A stretch of 64,000 nt of DNA from Candidatus Yaniella excrementigallinarum (GCA_019113675.1 DXHA01000006.1:1459-65458); one strand, 5' to 3'. Counted from the first letter of the stretch, positions 1 through 10,335 are shown. The notes: generated by a model not told the origin, from the letters alone. Numbers and translations: made by a program.

Positions 1-2
1 GA

Positions 3-593
3 CCGGGAGCTATCGCCGTCCGGGAGGACAGTCCCTATGAAACGTTTGATGACCTAGTCGAAGACGCTAAAGACCGACCGGGCGAAGTAACCTATTCTTC
101 ACCGGGGGTGGGGTCTGTTTGGGACAATCCAGCCCAAGGCCTCCAGGAACAAGCTGATATCGAGCTGGTTAATGTTCCATTCGATGGGTCGGCCCCATCT
201 ATCGAAGCTGCCGCTGCCGGTGACGTCGACTTTTCCATCGACGCTGTCGGTTCTCAAAAAGCCCAAGTGGATGGGGGCGACATGCGGTACTTAGCGGTAC
301 TTGCCGAAGAACGCCTGGATGATTTGCCGGATGTCCCAACCGCCAAAGAACTCGGCATCGATCTACAAAACGCATCGTTTACGGGTCTTGTGGTGCCGGA
401 AGGTACCCCTGATGACGTCGTCGACACACTGTCCTCTGCTATTCAGGAAGCAACTGAACAAGACGAATACAAGGAGACGATTGAATCTTCGAATTTGATT
501 CCGGTCGGCACTTCACCTGAGGAATTTGATGAATTTATCCAGCAAGAAGACGAACGTCACGGCCAGTGGATCGAACTTGCTCAGGGTGAGTAG
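3..593 (+). CDS. tctC: Tripartite tricarboxylate transporter substrate-binding protein (TctC/Bug family), 5' end cut by window edge
   Basis: The frame stays open from nt 3 (PGAIAVREDSPYETFDDLVEDAKDRPGEVTYSSPG...) into the listed 108..593 ORF. It looks like the C-terminal half of a Bug/TctC-type binding protein. It is directly followed by tctB- and tctA-like genes. Confidence 0.75.
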   Translation, partial: PGAIAVREDSPYETFDDLVEDAKDRPGEVTYSSPGVGSVWDNPAQGLQEQADIELVNVPFDGSAPSIEAAAAGDVDFSIDAVGSQKAQVDGGDMRYLAVLAEERLDDLPDVPTAKELGIDLQNASFTGLVVPEGTPDDVVDTLSSAIQEATEQDEYKETIESSNLIPVGTSPEEFDEFIQQEDERHGQWIELAQGE

Positions 594-613
594 GTCCAAA
601 CAGGTGAGACATC

Positions 614-1138
614 ATGGCAGATAGAAATGCGTTACAGGCAGACATTACTAAGGCAGCAGAAGGTGAGCCATCAGGTACTGAGCCACATAGTCGCGGTACA
701 CGAATACGTGAGTTCATCTCGGTTGTCGTATCGTTATGCGGCGGTGTGGTGATCTTATTTGCGACACAAAACGTCATCGATCGCGAGACGGCGGAACTTG
801 GTCCACGATTTTGGCCAACCCTTCTGGCATGGGCCCTCATAGCACTTAGTGTGTTGTTGGTGACCACCAATGTCGTACCGGATCGCAAGCCAAAAGATCT
901 TCCAGATCCAATCACTGGTTGGGGTGTTAGCCGACTCATCGTCACATTTACCGTGCTCATCGGCTACTTGGCCTCATTCAACGTATTGCAGCTGTGGCTG
1001 ACCACATTTATTAGCGTGGTACTGCTGCTCTTGCTGTTTGGGTTTCGCCAATGGAAACTACTACTCGTCTTTCCCGCCATTATCGCAGCAATCTTGCACG
1101 TGTTGTTTGTGGTATTACTTCGGGTTCCGCTCGGCTGA
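614..1138 (+). CDS. tctB: Tripartite tricarboxylate transporter small membrane subunit (TctB family)
   Basis: 174 aa with about 4 hydrophobic segments. AGGTGAG Shine-Dalgarno lies 5 nt before the ATG. It sits in the canonical position between TctC and TctA. Confidence 0.7.
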   Translation: MADRNALQADITKAAEGEPSGTEPHSRGTRIREFISVVVSLCGGVVILFATQNVIDRETAELGPRFWPTLLAWALIALSVLLVTTNVVPDRKPKDLPDPITGWGVSRLIVTFTVLIGYLASFNVLQLWLTTFISVVLLLLLFGFRQWKLLLVFPAIIAAILHVLFVVLLRVPLG

Positions 1139-1156
1139 GGAAGCATGCATTAGGTT

Positions 1157-2719
1157 ATGACACAGATTATTGAATTCATGAGCTCATCCATCTTCACCGC
1201 TAATGCGATGCTTGATGGGTTTAGCGTAATTCTGCAGGCCGACACGCTACTGTACATTGGATTGGGAATGCTAATAGGCATGCTCGTCGGTGCATTCCCC
1301 GGTGTAACAGCTACCATGGCAGTGGCGTTAGCCTCGGGTTTCACGCTCACCCTGGACCCAATGCAGGGTATGTCCGTTTTGTTGACTATTTACGTTGCCG
1401 CACAGTTCGGTGACCGCGTTCCGGCAATCTTGATTAACACCCCGGGAACGCCGGCTTCAATTTCGACCACTTTTGATGGCTACCCGCTGGCCAAACAGGG
1501 TAAAGCAGGCCTGGCCATGACGGTGTCGGCCTTTGGCTCCGCCATTGGCATGTTCGTTGGCATTATTCTGCTTGCCGTCATCGCCATGCCCTTGGCGCGA
1601 TTTGCCCGGGAATTTGGACCAGCAGAGTTATTTGCACTGGTAGTGTTCGGGCTAACCATGATGGTCGGTGTATCTTCAGGGCGCATTATTAAAGGACTAA
1701 TCGCCGGATGTTTCGGACTGTTTTTGGCTGCAATCGGTCGTGATCCGGTTTCCGGCGACGCACGATTCACAATGGATATTCTGGAATTAAACTCCGGTGT
1801 GCCATTCATTCCCGTGATTATCGGCGTGTTTGGTGTTGCAGAAGTACTGAACCAGATGGTGACCCATAACCAGGATGTCAGCCAGCGTAAGCCGATCGCT
1901 CAATTAGGCCAGTGGCTTCCGGACCGCAAAACGTCTCGAACATTAGTTAAACCGACGATCGTTGGGGCAGCAACCGGGTCCGTCATCGGTTTGGTGCCCG
2001 CCGTTGGGGGCGACATTTCAGGCATCATTGGTTGGGATAATGCCCGTCGACTGTCCAAGGAGAAGGAACAGTTCGGGAAAGGATCACTTAAAGGACTCAT
2101 GGCTGGTGATACCTCAACTACGACCACGCTGGGCGGTTCGGTGACAACCACCATGGCCTTAGGTATCCCCGGTGACTCGGTAATGGCGGTACTGATCGGT
2201 TCCATGATGATCTGGGGTATTCAACCCGGTCCGGGATTATTCGCTTCCAACCCATCGATGGTGTACTCGCTAGTGGCTATCTTAGCGATAGCCACAGTGC
2301 TGTCATTAGCGCTATCGCTGATTCGTATGAAATCCATGGTTAAATTATTAGAGCTGAATAATGCCTACTTATGGATCATTATCTTGCTGTTCTGTATGGT
2401 CGGCACATACTCGATCAATAATTCAGTTTTTGATGTTGCCATCATGCTCATCATGGGACTCATCGGTTTATTCATGCTACGTTTCGGTTTCCCCGCAGGA
2501 CCAACCGTACTGGGGTTAATCCTGGGGCCACTTGCGGAATCGAACTTACGTCGAACACTCATCGGTGGGGGTTGGGAAGCATTCTTGCAAAGCCCAATCG
2601 CTATGATCTTGTTCATTATCTCCGCTGCTGCCCTGCTCTTCCCGCCACTGCGCGAAATGACGAAACGACGCAAATCGGAGCTTGGTAAGACCAGCCAGTT
2701 CTCATCCAACGTCCCATAA
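1157..2719 (+). CDS. tctA: Tripartite tricarboxylate transporter large permease (TctA family)
   Basis: 520-aa polytopic membrane protein. Typical TctA N-terminus (GMLIGMLVGAFPGVTATMAVALA) and GIPGDS segment. Gene order is tctC-B-A. Confidence 0.85.
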   Translation: MTQIIEFMSSSIFTANAMLDGFSVILQADTLLYIGLGMLIGMLVGAFPGVTATMAVALASGFTLTLDPMQGMSVLLTIYVAAQFGDRVPAILINTPGTPASISTTFDGYPLAKQGKAGLAMTVSAFGSAIGMFVGIILLAVIAMPLARFAREFGPAELFALVVFGLTMMVGVSSGRIIKGLIAGCFGLFLAAIGRDPVSGDARFTMDILELNSGVPFIPVIIGVFGVAEVLNQMVTHNQDVSQRKPIAQLGQWLPDRKTSRTLVKPTIVGAATGSVIGLVPAVGGDISGIIGWDNARRLSKEKEQFGKGSLKGLMAGDTSTTTTLGGSVTTTMALGIPGDSVMAVLIGSMMIWGIQPGPGLFASNPSMVYSLVAILAIATVLSLALSLIRMKSMVKLLELNNAYLWIIILLFCMVGTYSINNSVFDVAIMLIMGLIGLFMLRFGFPAGPTVLGLILGPLAESNLRRTLIGGGWEAFLQSPIAMILFIISAAALLFPPLREMTKRRKSELGKTSQFSSNVP

Positions 2720-3071
2720 CGTGAGGTATTGTCCCGTCACCAGTGAGCACTAGCAGTAGTTGAAGTCGATAATCCTGATCTGGGACAGTTAGAAAACCTA
2801 CGGCCGCGCGGTAAGAGCTGGCGCAAATCCACTTAGTGCGCACCAGCTTCGACTATGTCTCCCCGACCTTGTCACCGAAGGTCTCGACATATTCGGCCAG
2901 GATTTTCTACGCTTCATTTCGGTGACTTGGCGGATATCGCCCAAGGTTTTCAACAAGCGGTCGAAGATGCAATCGGAACCAAAAACCAGCCATAGCATCG
3001 GCGTACGAGCTTGAGTTTTGGCGTCGATAGGTATTAATGTTGCCATCATGAAGAATTGATCCTTTTCCTCC

Positions 3072-4814
3072 TTGCGTCTGAGGCTGCTGCCCGGCGAGGT
3101 CCGAACCGCTTCAAGGATCATTTTGTCTAAACTTTCTTCTGCACATCTTCGTATCGACGGTCTTTCTAAATCATTTCCCAATCGTCGAGTTTTTACCGAC
3201 ATTTCATTTGCGGTGCCACATGATGATCGTGTGGGCATCATCGGAGAAAATGGCTCCGGTAAAACCACGCTGCTGCGTATTATCGCCGGTGAGTTATCAG
3301 CCGACGCCGGAAATATCGAAACATTCCAGCCCGCTGGTAACGGATTGACGGTAGGTTTACTGCATCAACAACCGCCGTTTCCCAACACCACATCTATTCA
3401 TCAGGTACTAGAAAACTCCGTTGCCCATTTGCGTGCCGCTACTCACCAGGTCGGCGTTGCCGCTCAAGCCCTCGCGGAATCGCCACATCACCAAAAGATC
3501 ATTGATGACTATGCTGCCGCCCTGGAAGAAGCAGAGCGCCTGGGCGCATGGGATACTGATGCCCGTATTGAACAAACCATCGATGGTTTAGGGCTAGCTG
3601 GTATAGCCAGAGAAACCAGGCTGGACCAATTATCTGGAGGCCAAGTGGCCCGATTAGCGTTGGCCAGTTTATTACTGACTGCACCCGAAGTCCTACTGTT
3701 AGATGAGCCCACCAACCACCTGGATGATAAAGGCGTTAACTACTTGAGCAAAGTGGTGTCGGGATGGCACGGTCCCGTATTGGTGGTCAGCCACGACCGG
3801 GCTTTTCTAGATCAGACGATCGTTTCCCTACTGGACCTGGACCCTGCACCCCGGCCCCGTACGCTAGATGAGGCCGAAGATGACCTGGCAACTAATGGAG
3901 TGACACGGTTTACGGGAACCTACTCCGATTACTTACTGTTCAGACGCGAGGCCCGACAACGATGGAAGCAACAGTACGACGACGAACAAGCTGAACTACG
4001 ACGTCTTCGAGCAGCAGTTAACCAGCATCAGGTCGTGGGCCACACCAATTGGAAACCTCGTACCGAAGTCAGAATGGCGCAGAAATTCTATGCCGACCGG
4101 AACGCCAGGGTTGTGGCTCGTCGGGTCAATGATGCCAGGTCACGTCTGGCTGAATTAGAACAGCGTCAGATAGTAAAACCGCCACGACAATTGACCTTTC
4201 AAGGCCTGGCTGCAGCACACGATACCCCACTTGCCTATAGCCAGGATGAGCAACTGGTCCGAGCCGAGCAGGTAGCGATGGAAAACCGGTTGAAGCCAAT
4301 ATCGTTGGCCATTACCGCCAGAGACAAACTACTAATTACCGGACCAAATGGGGCGGGAAAATCTACACTCTTGAACCTAGTAGCCGGTCAGTTACAACCC
4401 AGCCAGGGCCAGGTTTCGTATCGCGAGGGGGTAAGCATCGGCTTACTGGCTCAAGAAAGCGATTTCGGTAGCGTCGCTGGCCGAACCCCACAGGAAATCT
4501 ATCAGCAGGCCGTTGGGGTTACGGTAGCCGAGCAAACCCCGCTTGCAACATTCGGTCTATTAGCGCCACGAGAAGAACAGCGGCCAGTTGAAGACCTGAG
4601 CACAGGACAACGTCGTCGGCTAACACTGGCTATTGTCCTGGCCGACCCGCCAGACGTACTGCTGCTTGATGAACCCACCAACCACTTGTCGTTACTTTTG
4701 GTCACCGAGCTGGAAGCATCAATCAACCACTACCCTGGCGCTATAGTCATCGCCTCACATGACAGGTGGTTACGTGATCGTTGGCAAGGCAAAAACTTGC
4801 ATTTGGACCCCTAA
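3072..4814 (+). CDS. ABC-F family ATPase (two fused NBDs, no membrane domain)
   Basis: NBD1 has GENGSGKTTLL, LSGGQ and LLLDEPTNHLD. NBD2 has GPNGAGKSTLL, LSTGQRRRL and LLLDEPTNHLS. An Arg/Gln-rich linker of about 100 aa separates them. The true start is probably the in-frame TTG at 3123, preceded by AAGGA. Confidence 0.85.
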   Translation: MRLRLLPGEVRTASRIILSKLSSAHLRIDGLSKSFPNRRVFTDISFAVPHDDRVGIIGENGSGKTTLLRIIAGELSADAGNIETFQPAGNGLTVGLLHQQPPFPNTTSIHQVLENSVAHLRAATHQVGVAAQALAESPHHQKIIDDYAAALEEAERLGAWDTDARIEQTIDGLGLAGIARETRLDQLSGGQVARLALASLLLTAPEVLLLDEPTNHLDDKGVNYLSKVVSGWHGPVLVVSHDRAFLDQTIVSLLDLDPAPRPRTLDEAEDDLATNGVTRFTGTYSDYLLFRREARQRWKQQYDDEQAELRRLRAAVNQHQVVGHTNWKPRTEVRMAQKFYADRNARVVARRVNDARSRLAELEQRQIVKPPRQLTFQGLAAAHDTPLAYSQDEQLVRAEQVAMENRLKPISLAITARDKLLITGPNGAGKSTLLNLVAGQLQPSQGQVSYREGVSIGLLAQESDFGSVAGRTPQEIYQQAVGVTVAEQTPLATFGLLAPREEQRPVEDLSTGQRRRLTLAIVLADPPDVLLLDEPTNHLSLLLVTELEASINHYPGAIVIASHDRWLRDRWQGKNLHLDP

Positions 4815-4826
4815 ATCCACCGTATT

Positions 4827-6338
4827 TCAACTGCTTGCACGCGATCGTATCGCAGCAGCACGTAGCCGGAGCAGACGCGCGATGCCAACCACCACACTGG
4901 CTATCGCATCGACAAGCAACAAAATCGTTGCAGCGGGCCACAATCCAAATACATCGACCGGTGTCGCAGGACTATTCGGGCCGATGGTGAGCACTAGGAA
5001 CAGGAATATGGCGGCAACCGGCATAACCGTCAACGGAACGAACCGCACTATACGCCGCCACGGGCGCTTCTGGCGCCGTCGTTCGGCCCATAGACGAGAT
5101 CGCAGCACGCCGCGAACCGCCAAAGCGATTACGACTAGCGTAATGACCAATAGCCCGAGGTCAATATAGGTGGCTACCGGGGCGGGAACTTGCGGGGTCT
5201 CACCTCGAGCAATATCTACTAAACCGGTACTTACTGTGAATGGATGCAAGTAGGCCGGCGTGTAGCTGTCCAATAGCACCACAGTCGCGGTTCCGTTCGA
5301 CGGAACGACGTCGATCCGCGAACTCGTGCGTCTCAACACACCGTCATGGCCGACCCGCTGGGGATGAGCAGTTGATGTGTGCTGCCAACCAAGACCATAT
5401 GTTCCGGCTTTTTCCTGCTTAGTCATCGCTTCTTGCACTAGGTCAGCTGACAGTAGCCGACTGCCGTCAGCGGTGACGCCTCCGCGTTGGATCATTGCTA
5501 GAAACGCCGCAAGATCTTCGGCTGTACTGACCATGCCACCGGCGCCGCCGACATCGGAGGCCATCGCTCGCAGCGGGATCGCTGTCCCATATGCGGTTAC
5601 ATGCCCTTTGTCGAATACTTCCGACTCACGGGTGGAGATCACCGAAGTAGTGTCGTCCATTCCCAGCGGCGTGAATATCTTCTCCTCCAGATACTGATCA
5701 AACGGTGTACCGGTGACGACTTCGACCAAGCGCGCTAGTGTGCGATAGTTCAAGTTGCTGTAAGTATGGGTCGTACCGGGTGCGCTTACTACCGAGAGGT
5801 CAGCGATGTTGGCCACACTCTGGGTATACGAGCCAGTTTCGGGCAAGATAGTCGGCTGCGGAAGCCCAGAGGTGTGGGACAGTAGCATTCGGATGGTAAT
5901 CGCGTCCGGGTCGGTGCCGCCCACGGAGAATTCTGGCAATACGCTCGTGACCGGATCATCAAGACGGATATCTCCATCGTCGACGAGCTGTAGTACGGCG
6001 AAGGCGGTGAAAGGCTTAGACACCGATGCGATCGGCACAGGCGTATCCGCTTGCAGGGTACCGCTCCCGCCGCTTGCCGTGACTTCACCGTCATCAAGGA
6101 CTGTATATGAGATCCCCGGCAATCCCTGGGTCTTGCGGTATTCATCAACAAACGACGCCAATTCGTCGTCCACACTCATTGCCGGGGCAGCTGTGGCCGA
6201 CGGTACATAGGTGACGAGGCCAGCAACAAGCACGATCAAAAGCACCAGATGCAGCAGTGCGGCCGGTGGCCCCACTGGTAGATTGGTGCCTGAAAAAGGT
6301 CCTGCCCAAGGCTGCTGGGTACTTCTGGGCTGTAACAT
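4827..6338 (-). CDS. Serine hydrolase, beta-lactamase/PBP fold (class C-like), with C-terminal membrane segments
   Basis: SxxK motif (SVSKPF), an N-terminal hydrophobic signal/anchor and two C-terminal hydrophobic stretches. I chose the start at Met42 of the listed ORF (6338) to avoid overlap with the upstream gene. Confidence 0.75.
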   Translation of the reverse strand: MLQPRSTQQPWAGPFSGTNLPVGPPAALLHLVLLIVLVAGLVTYVPSATAAPAMSVDDELASFVDEYRKTQGLPGISYTVLDDGEVTASGGSGTLQADTPVPIASVSKPFTAFAVLQLVDDGDIRLDDPVTSVLPEFSVGGTDPDAITIRMLLSHTSGLPQPTILPETGSYTQSVANIADLSVVSAPGTTHTYSNLNYRTLARLVEVVTGTPFDQYLEEKIFTPLGMDDTTSVISTRESEVFDKGHVTAYGTAIPLRAMASDVGGAGGMVSTAEDLAAFLAMIQRGGVTADGSRLLSADLVQEAMTKQEKAGTYGLGWQHTSTAHPQRVGHDGVLRRTSSRIDVVPSNGTATVVLLDSYTPAYLHPFTVSTGLVDIARGETPQVPAPVATYIDLGLLVITLVVIALAVRGVLRSRLWAERRRQKRPWRRIVRFVPLTVMPVAAIFLFLVLTIGPNSPATPVDVFGLWPAATILLLVDAIASVVVGIARLLRLRAAAIRSRASS

Positions 6339-6405
6339 CCTTGCTGGTATGATATGCGCCAATAGAGACAGCCGTCTACGGGCTGCTCCGATTCTCTGCC
6401 AGGCT

Positions 6406-8043
6406 TTACCGGCGCATAGCAGTCGTCGCCAATACAGTAGCAATGTGGCTTGCGGCGGCATATGCTCTTGTCACGCCTGACCCCAAGGTGGCCCCGCCAC
6501 CCGGATAGGTATTCCGGAAGACCCCGCCGGAAACATTGCCCGCAGCATATAGTCCAGCAATGGGTTGCTGGTTGCGATCCAATACCTGACCATCGTGGTT
6601 AGTCGCCAGTCCACCACTGGTGCCCAGGGCGCCAGCATGCAGTGGAACTGCATAGTAGGGGCCAGTTTCTAACGGTGCCAGGCAGGGGTTCGGTGTAACT
6701 GAAGCATCCCCGAGATGGCGATCTTGTTCAGAGGAACCCCGACCAAACTCAGTATCTACACCCCTTCGGGCATCGGCGTTGAATCTCTCCACGGTCCTAG
6801 CTAGTTGCTCACCGTCTATACCGGCCAACTGTGCTAGCTCTTCCAAAGTTTCGGCCTGTAGCATCCAGTCTGGTGCTTTACCCGGGGTAGAGCCGGCCAC
6901 CGGGTATTTGTTCATATAGTTGTGGTCATAGACCAGCCATGCCGGGTTATTCTGAGCCTTACCGGTGTGCGGGTCGATGTTGACAAAAACCCTGGCAGCG
7001 TCATGGTAGTTCAGCGCTTCATTGACAAAACGTCGTCCTGCAGCATTGACGGTAATTGAGCCTGGCAGAGTCATTTCCACGTTACCCATGCGGCCGGTTG
7101 GTTTGCCGTCATATAGTTGTCCGGCGGCGTTAATAATAGGCACACCCCATATTGCGTTCATATCTTGCAGGCTGGCGCCGACAGCCATCCCCAGTTCTAA
7201 TCCGTCGCCTTCATTGGATGGTGCACCGATCGGGGTGATGTCCATTGGCAAGAATGTCTCGCGCAAGCGCTTATTGTAATCGAATCCGCCCGAGGCAATG
7301 ACGATGGCGGACGTTGTCACTACGGTGGTGTCGCTGATAACAGCCTGCCACGTTTTGCCACGACGCAGGTTCGTGACGGAGGCGTCCAGAGCAATATGCA
7401 CTCCGGCATCCAGGGCGGTGGCGGCTAGCGCTGCAACAAGTGCACCGCCCATGGTGCGAACACCCTGGTTGGCGCGCTCTTTAAGAAGTTGAGGATCAGG
7501 GGCCCTGCCGTTGAGGTCATCACGCTCTACCATGGTCAATAGTGGAAAGTAGGTGGGTTGACGCAGCACCTCTGCGATTTCCGGGTAATCGTCGGCGCGA
7601 AACGCTGCATTATCGAGGCTACGGCCACCGGCTGCGGCCCCGGGCCACTCCATATGGTAATCGGGGCGGCTCAGTGGCACTAATTCCACGCGGGTGTGGT
7701 GATCAAGAAATTCCACGGCCTGACGACTCGTGCGCACATACCAACTAATGTCGTCTGGAGACATAATTTCTCCGGCTGCCGCCGTTAGATACTGGATGCC
7801 GGCTTCTGCGCAGTCGGCATACCCGGCTTGCGCCCCCAGGTGATTGGCTGGCGCCCAGATGACACCGCCGCCGGCAGCCGATGTTCCTCCGAGTTTGGCG
7901 GCCTTTTCAACGACCAGTACGCGTAGCCCATCGGCTGCGGCACGTACTGCAGCGGTAAGTCCGGATGCGCCGGATCCCATAACGATGACATCGTAGTTCT
8001 CATCAAGTTGGTCGACTGTGGCGAAAGTATTGTGGGTGGTCAT
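6406..8043 (-). CDS. FAD-dependent oxidoreductase (KstD / fumarate reductase flavoprotein-like), paralog A
   Basis: N-terminal DVIVMGSGASGLTAAV...VVEKAAKLGGTS dinucleotide fold. C-terminal GLYAAGN...GGG motif. ATGA overlap with the downstream ADH. Confidence 0.8.
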   Translation of the reverse strand: MTTHNTFATVDQLDENYDVIVMGSGASGLTAAVRAAADGLRVLVVEKAAKLGGTSAAGGGVIWAPANHLGAQAGYADCAEAGIQYLTAAAGEIMSPDDISWYVRTSRQAVEFLDHHTRVELVPLSRPDYHMEWPGAAAGGRSLDNAAFRADDYPEIAEVLRQPTYFPLLTMVERDDLNGRAPDPQLLKERANQGVRTMGGALVAALAATALDAGVHIALDASVTNLRRGKTWQAVISDTTVVTTSAIVIASGGFDYNKRLRETFLPMDITPIGAPSNEGDGLELGMAVGASLQDMNAIWGVPIINAAGQLYDGKPTGRMGNVEMTLPGSITVNAAGRRFVNEALNYHDAARVFVNIDPHTGKAQNNPAWLVYDHNYMNKYPVAGSTPGKAPDWMLQAETLEELAQLAGIDGEQLARTVERFNADARRGVDTEFGRGSSEQDRHLGDASVTPNPCLAPLETGPYYAVPLHAGALGTSGGLATNHDGQVLDRNQQPIAGLYAAGNVSGGVFRNTYPGGGATLGSGVTRAYAAASHIATVLATTAMRR

Positions 8044-9119
8044 GCGGGGTGAACCTCTTGAAGCTGGGCGGTGGAATCTGGTGCGTTGGCTGCGGGAAGA
8101 TCGATGACGATCTTGCCGACCTGGGCGTTGCGATCCCCCATGGTTTCAAAAGCCTTGGGCAACTGGGCGAACTCGAAATCGTGGGTGATGAGCTCTGCGG
8201 CCAGGTCCTGGTGTTTGGCCAACATCTCCAGCGCCTCTGGGATGAGATTCAGTGAGTTGCGGCTGCCTCGGATATCGAGTTCCTTAAAGGGGATATCGCG
8301 CAGTGATAGTGCAGCGGTGGTATCAGAAATACCCACCTGGACGACGCGGGCGGTTGGTGCCGCCAGCCGCACTGCATTAGCTAGGCTCACTGGAACACCG
8401 GTGGCTTCAATAACCAGGGTTGGCCCAGCCATTTGGCACGCTTCGGCCAGCACTTTGGTGTCCTCCGGGCTAGGAAACGGGTCAACACCGGCGGAAATGG
8501 TTGCTACGGCACCGAATTTGCGTGCCAGCATCATGCGGTGTTCGTCCAGATCAGCGGCCACGACATTGACGCCGTGATCAGTAAGAAACAGTGTGGCTAA
8601 CAATCCAATTGGACCGCAGCCCAAAACCAGTGCGGTTTCACCGTCCACTGGAGTACCACGTTTGACAGCCTGCATGGCGATCGAGCCGGGTTCCCCCAGA
8701 GCGCCGAGTCGCAACGGCATGTTTATAGGTATTGGATGTAGCTTTTCCACCGGCAGACAGATCAGTTCAGCAAGTGCCCCGTCCTGATAACAACCAAGAC
8801 ATGAAATGGTTTCGCACACGTTGTAGCGGCCGGCACGACATGGACCGCAGGTACCACAATAGACCATAGGACTGATAGCGACCGGGGTGCCTACGGTAAG
8901 GTCTGATGCCTTGGAGTCGATCGCTTCGATGACGCCGGTGAATTCATGACCTTGCACGAGGGGTAACTCGGTGAGATAGTTATCATCCCAGATCGCAAAA
9001 TCTGTGCCACATAGTGCCACATGGTGTACACGGACTAATGCGTGACCAGGTTGTAGGACGGGTTCTGGTTCTTCTTTGAGCTCGATTTGGTGGCGAGCTA
9101 CGGTATGTGCGCGAAGCAT
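8040..9119 (-). CDS. Zinc-dependent alcohol dehydrogenase (MDR family, sorbitol/threonine dehydrogenase-like)
   Basis: It has a CGTD catalytic-Zn segment, a GHEFTG motif, a structural-Zn Cys cluster (CGTCGPCRAGRYNVC) and an LGCGPIGL Rossmann motif. Confidence 0.85.
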   Translation of the reverse strand: MLRAHTVARHQIELKEEPEPVLQPGHALVRVHHVALCGTDFAIWDDNYLTELPLVQGHEFTGVIEAIDSKASDLTVGTPVAISPMVYCGTCGPCRAGRYNVCETISCLGCYQDGALAELICLPVEKLHPIPINMPLRLGALGEPGSIAMQAVKRGTPVDGETALVLGCGPIGLLATLFLTDHGVNVVAADLDEHRMMLARKFGAVATISAGVDPFPSPEDTKVLAEACQMAGPTLVIEATGVPVSLANAVRLAAPTARVVQVGISDTTAALSLRDIPFKELDIRGSRNSLNLIPEALEMLAKHQDLAAELITHDFEFAQLPKAFETMGDRNAQVGKIVIDLPAANAPDSTAQLQEVHPA

Positions 9120-9130
9120 GCCTGGTTGCC

Positions 9131-9430
9131 TTACTTACCGGTTGCTGTGAGTTTATCTTTGCCGAATACCACACCCCATTTGCGGATGGTACGTTCGGTA
9201 ATAAGTTCGTTTTTGGCAAATGGGTCATTATCCATCAGCTTCAAAACGTCAGCTTCGTCTTGACCAGTGATGATCAACAAGGCGCCTGCGCCGTCATCGA
9301 CCGGACCGGAGACCAGTAGACGGCCTTTGTCGAAGCAGTCTTGTAAAAATTCGACGTGGACCGGGCGAATTTCATCTCGTCCCGCTGCACTAGTGTCGTC
9401 ATAGACATAGTTGACGGCATAGATATTCAT
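9131..9430 (-). CDS. YciI family protein
   Basis: About 99 aa counted from the ATG at 9430 (MNIYAVNYVYDD...), which is preceded by AGGAGAAC. The YciI-like pattern RPVHVEFL...G..L..GP is present. The listed ORF carries a spurious N-terminal extension. Confidence 0.7.
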   Translation of the reverse strand: MNIYAVNYVYDDTSAAGRDEIRPVHVEFLQDCFDKGRLLVSGPVDDGAGALLIITGQDEADVLKLMDNDPFAKNELITERTIRKWGVVFGKDKLTATGK

Positions 9431-9515
9431 GGGAGTTCTCCTGACTGTAGTGGTGACCGCAGTAACATGCGATCTATTGTCCACTGTAGGAAGGCACACA
9501 ATCGGGCGCACATGA

Positions 9516-9534
9516 TTGCCCATTGAATGGGCAA
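9516..9534 (-). terminator. Hairpin immediately after the IclR stop (TTGCCCAT-TGA-ATGGGCAA)
   Basis: Perfect 8-bp stem with a 3-nt loop, adjacent to the stop codon. There is no U-tract. Confidence 0.3.
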
Positions 9535-10335
9535 CTACTTCAGAGTCGACCAGTTTCGCGCAGAATATGGTCGGTGACCGGATCCCATCAGGCGAGACAA
9601 TGAGCGGCCAGCAGCTGCCAGCACCGGGACTATCAGTTGCGGATTGTCCTCGGTTTGGGCGCAGACAACAGTGATGGCTCCGATAACTTTATTGGCCTGG
9701 CCGTTAACGGGCACCGAGTACCCAACGTTTTCGGCCACCAGATCCCCGGCGAGACGAGAAAACCCACGCTCACGAATTTCAGCGAATTGGGCTCGCAGCT
9801 GCTCCGGACAGGTTATGGTGCGCGGGGTGCACTGTGGGATGGGACCAGTCAAAAATTGCTCAAGCACGTGATGCTCGGCGTTGGCCAACATGGCTAATCC
9901 AGCCGAAGTGCAATGCATATCTAGCCGCTTTGCAACGTTGGCCAGATTATTGTTGACAGTGCCATGTTTATCGAAGCGTTCAACATAGAGCACCGTGAAA
10001 TCCTCGTAGGTCGGGACCGAGAGGGAGACATCGTGGCGAAGCGCCTCTTGGATGCCTTCGAGCACAGGGCGGCCACGTTGGCGAAACTCTTCGAGCGGAT
10101 TGGAGCGGGCAGCTAGTTCCCACATGCGCATTCCGATACCGACTTTGCCTTGTGCATCGCGGTCAAGGAAACCTACGTCGCATAATTCGGTGGCGAGTCG
10201 ATGGACAGTGGAGTTCGGCAGACCGGTCTCACGAGCGAGAGCGCTGACGGTAAGTCGCGGTTTGGCGCGTTCAAATGCGCTAAGTACTTTGATGATGCGG
10301 TCAACGACCGATTCACCCGACCGCGAGTTGGCCAT
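9535..10335 (-). CDS. IclR family transcriptional regulator
   Basis: N-terminal wHTH (SVVDRIIKVLSAF...LTVSALARETGLPNSTVHRL) plus an IclR effector domain. I prefer the ATG at 10335 over the TTG at 10356. Confidence 0.85.
   Translation of the reverse strand: MANSRSGESVVDRIIKVLSAFERAKPRLTVSALARETGLPNSTVHRLATELCDVGFLDRDAQGKVGIGMRMWELAARSNPLEEFRQRGRPVLEGIQEALRHDVSLSVPTYEDFTVLYVERFDKHGTVNNNLANVAKRLDMHCTSAGLAMLANAEHHVLEQFLTGPIPQCTPRTITCPEQLRAQFAEIRERGFSRLAGDLVAENVGYSVPVNGQANKVIGAITVVCAQTEDNPQLIVPVLAAAGRSLSRLMGSGHRPYSARNWSTLK

Noticed and set aside
2720-3071. 350-bp spacer after tctA that looks less GC-rich. It holds a possible 83-aa minus-strand ORF (2798..3049, MMATLIPIDAKTQARTPMLWLVFGSDCIFDRLL...) downstream of a GGAGGAAAAGGA stretch.
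   Set aside because: I recognise no family. The SD-to-ATG spacing (10 nt or more) is poor, and the C-terminal half is Arg/Ser-rich like noise. It could be a gene remnant or simply the ABC-F promoter region. The evidence is too weak to call a feature.
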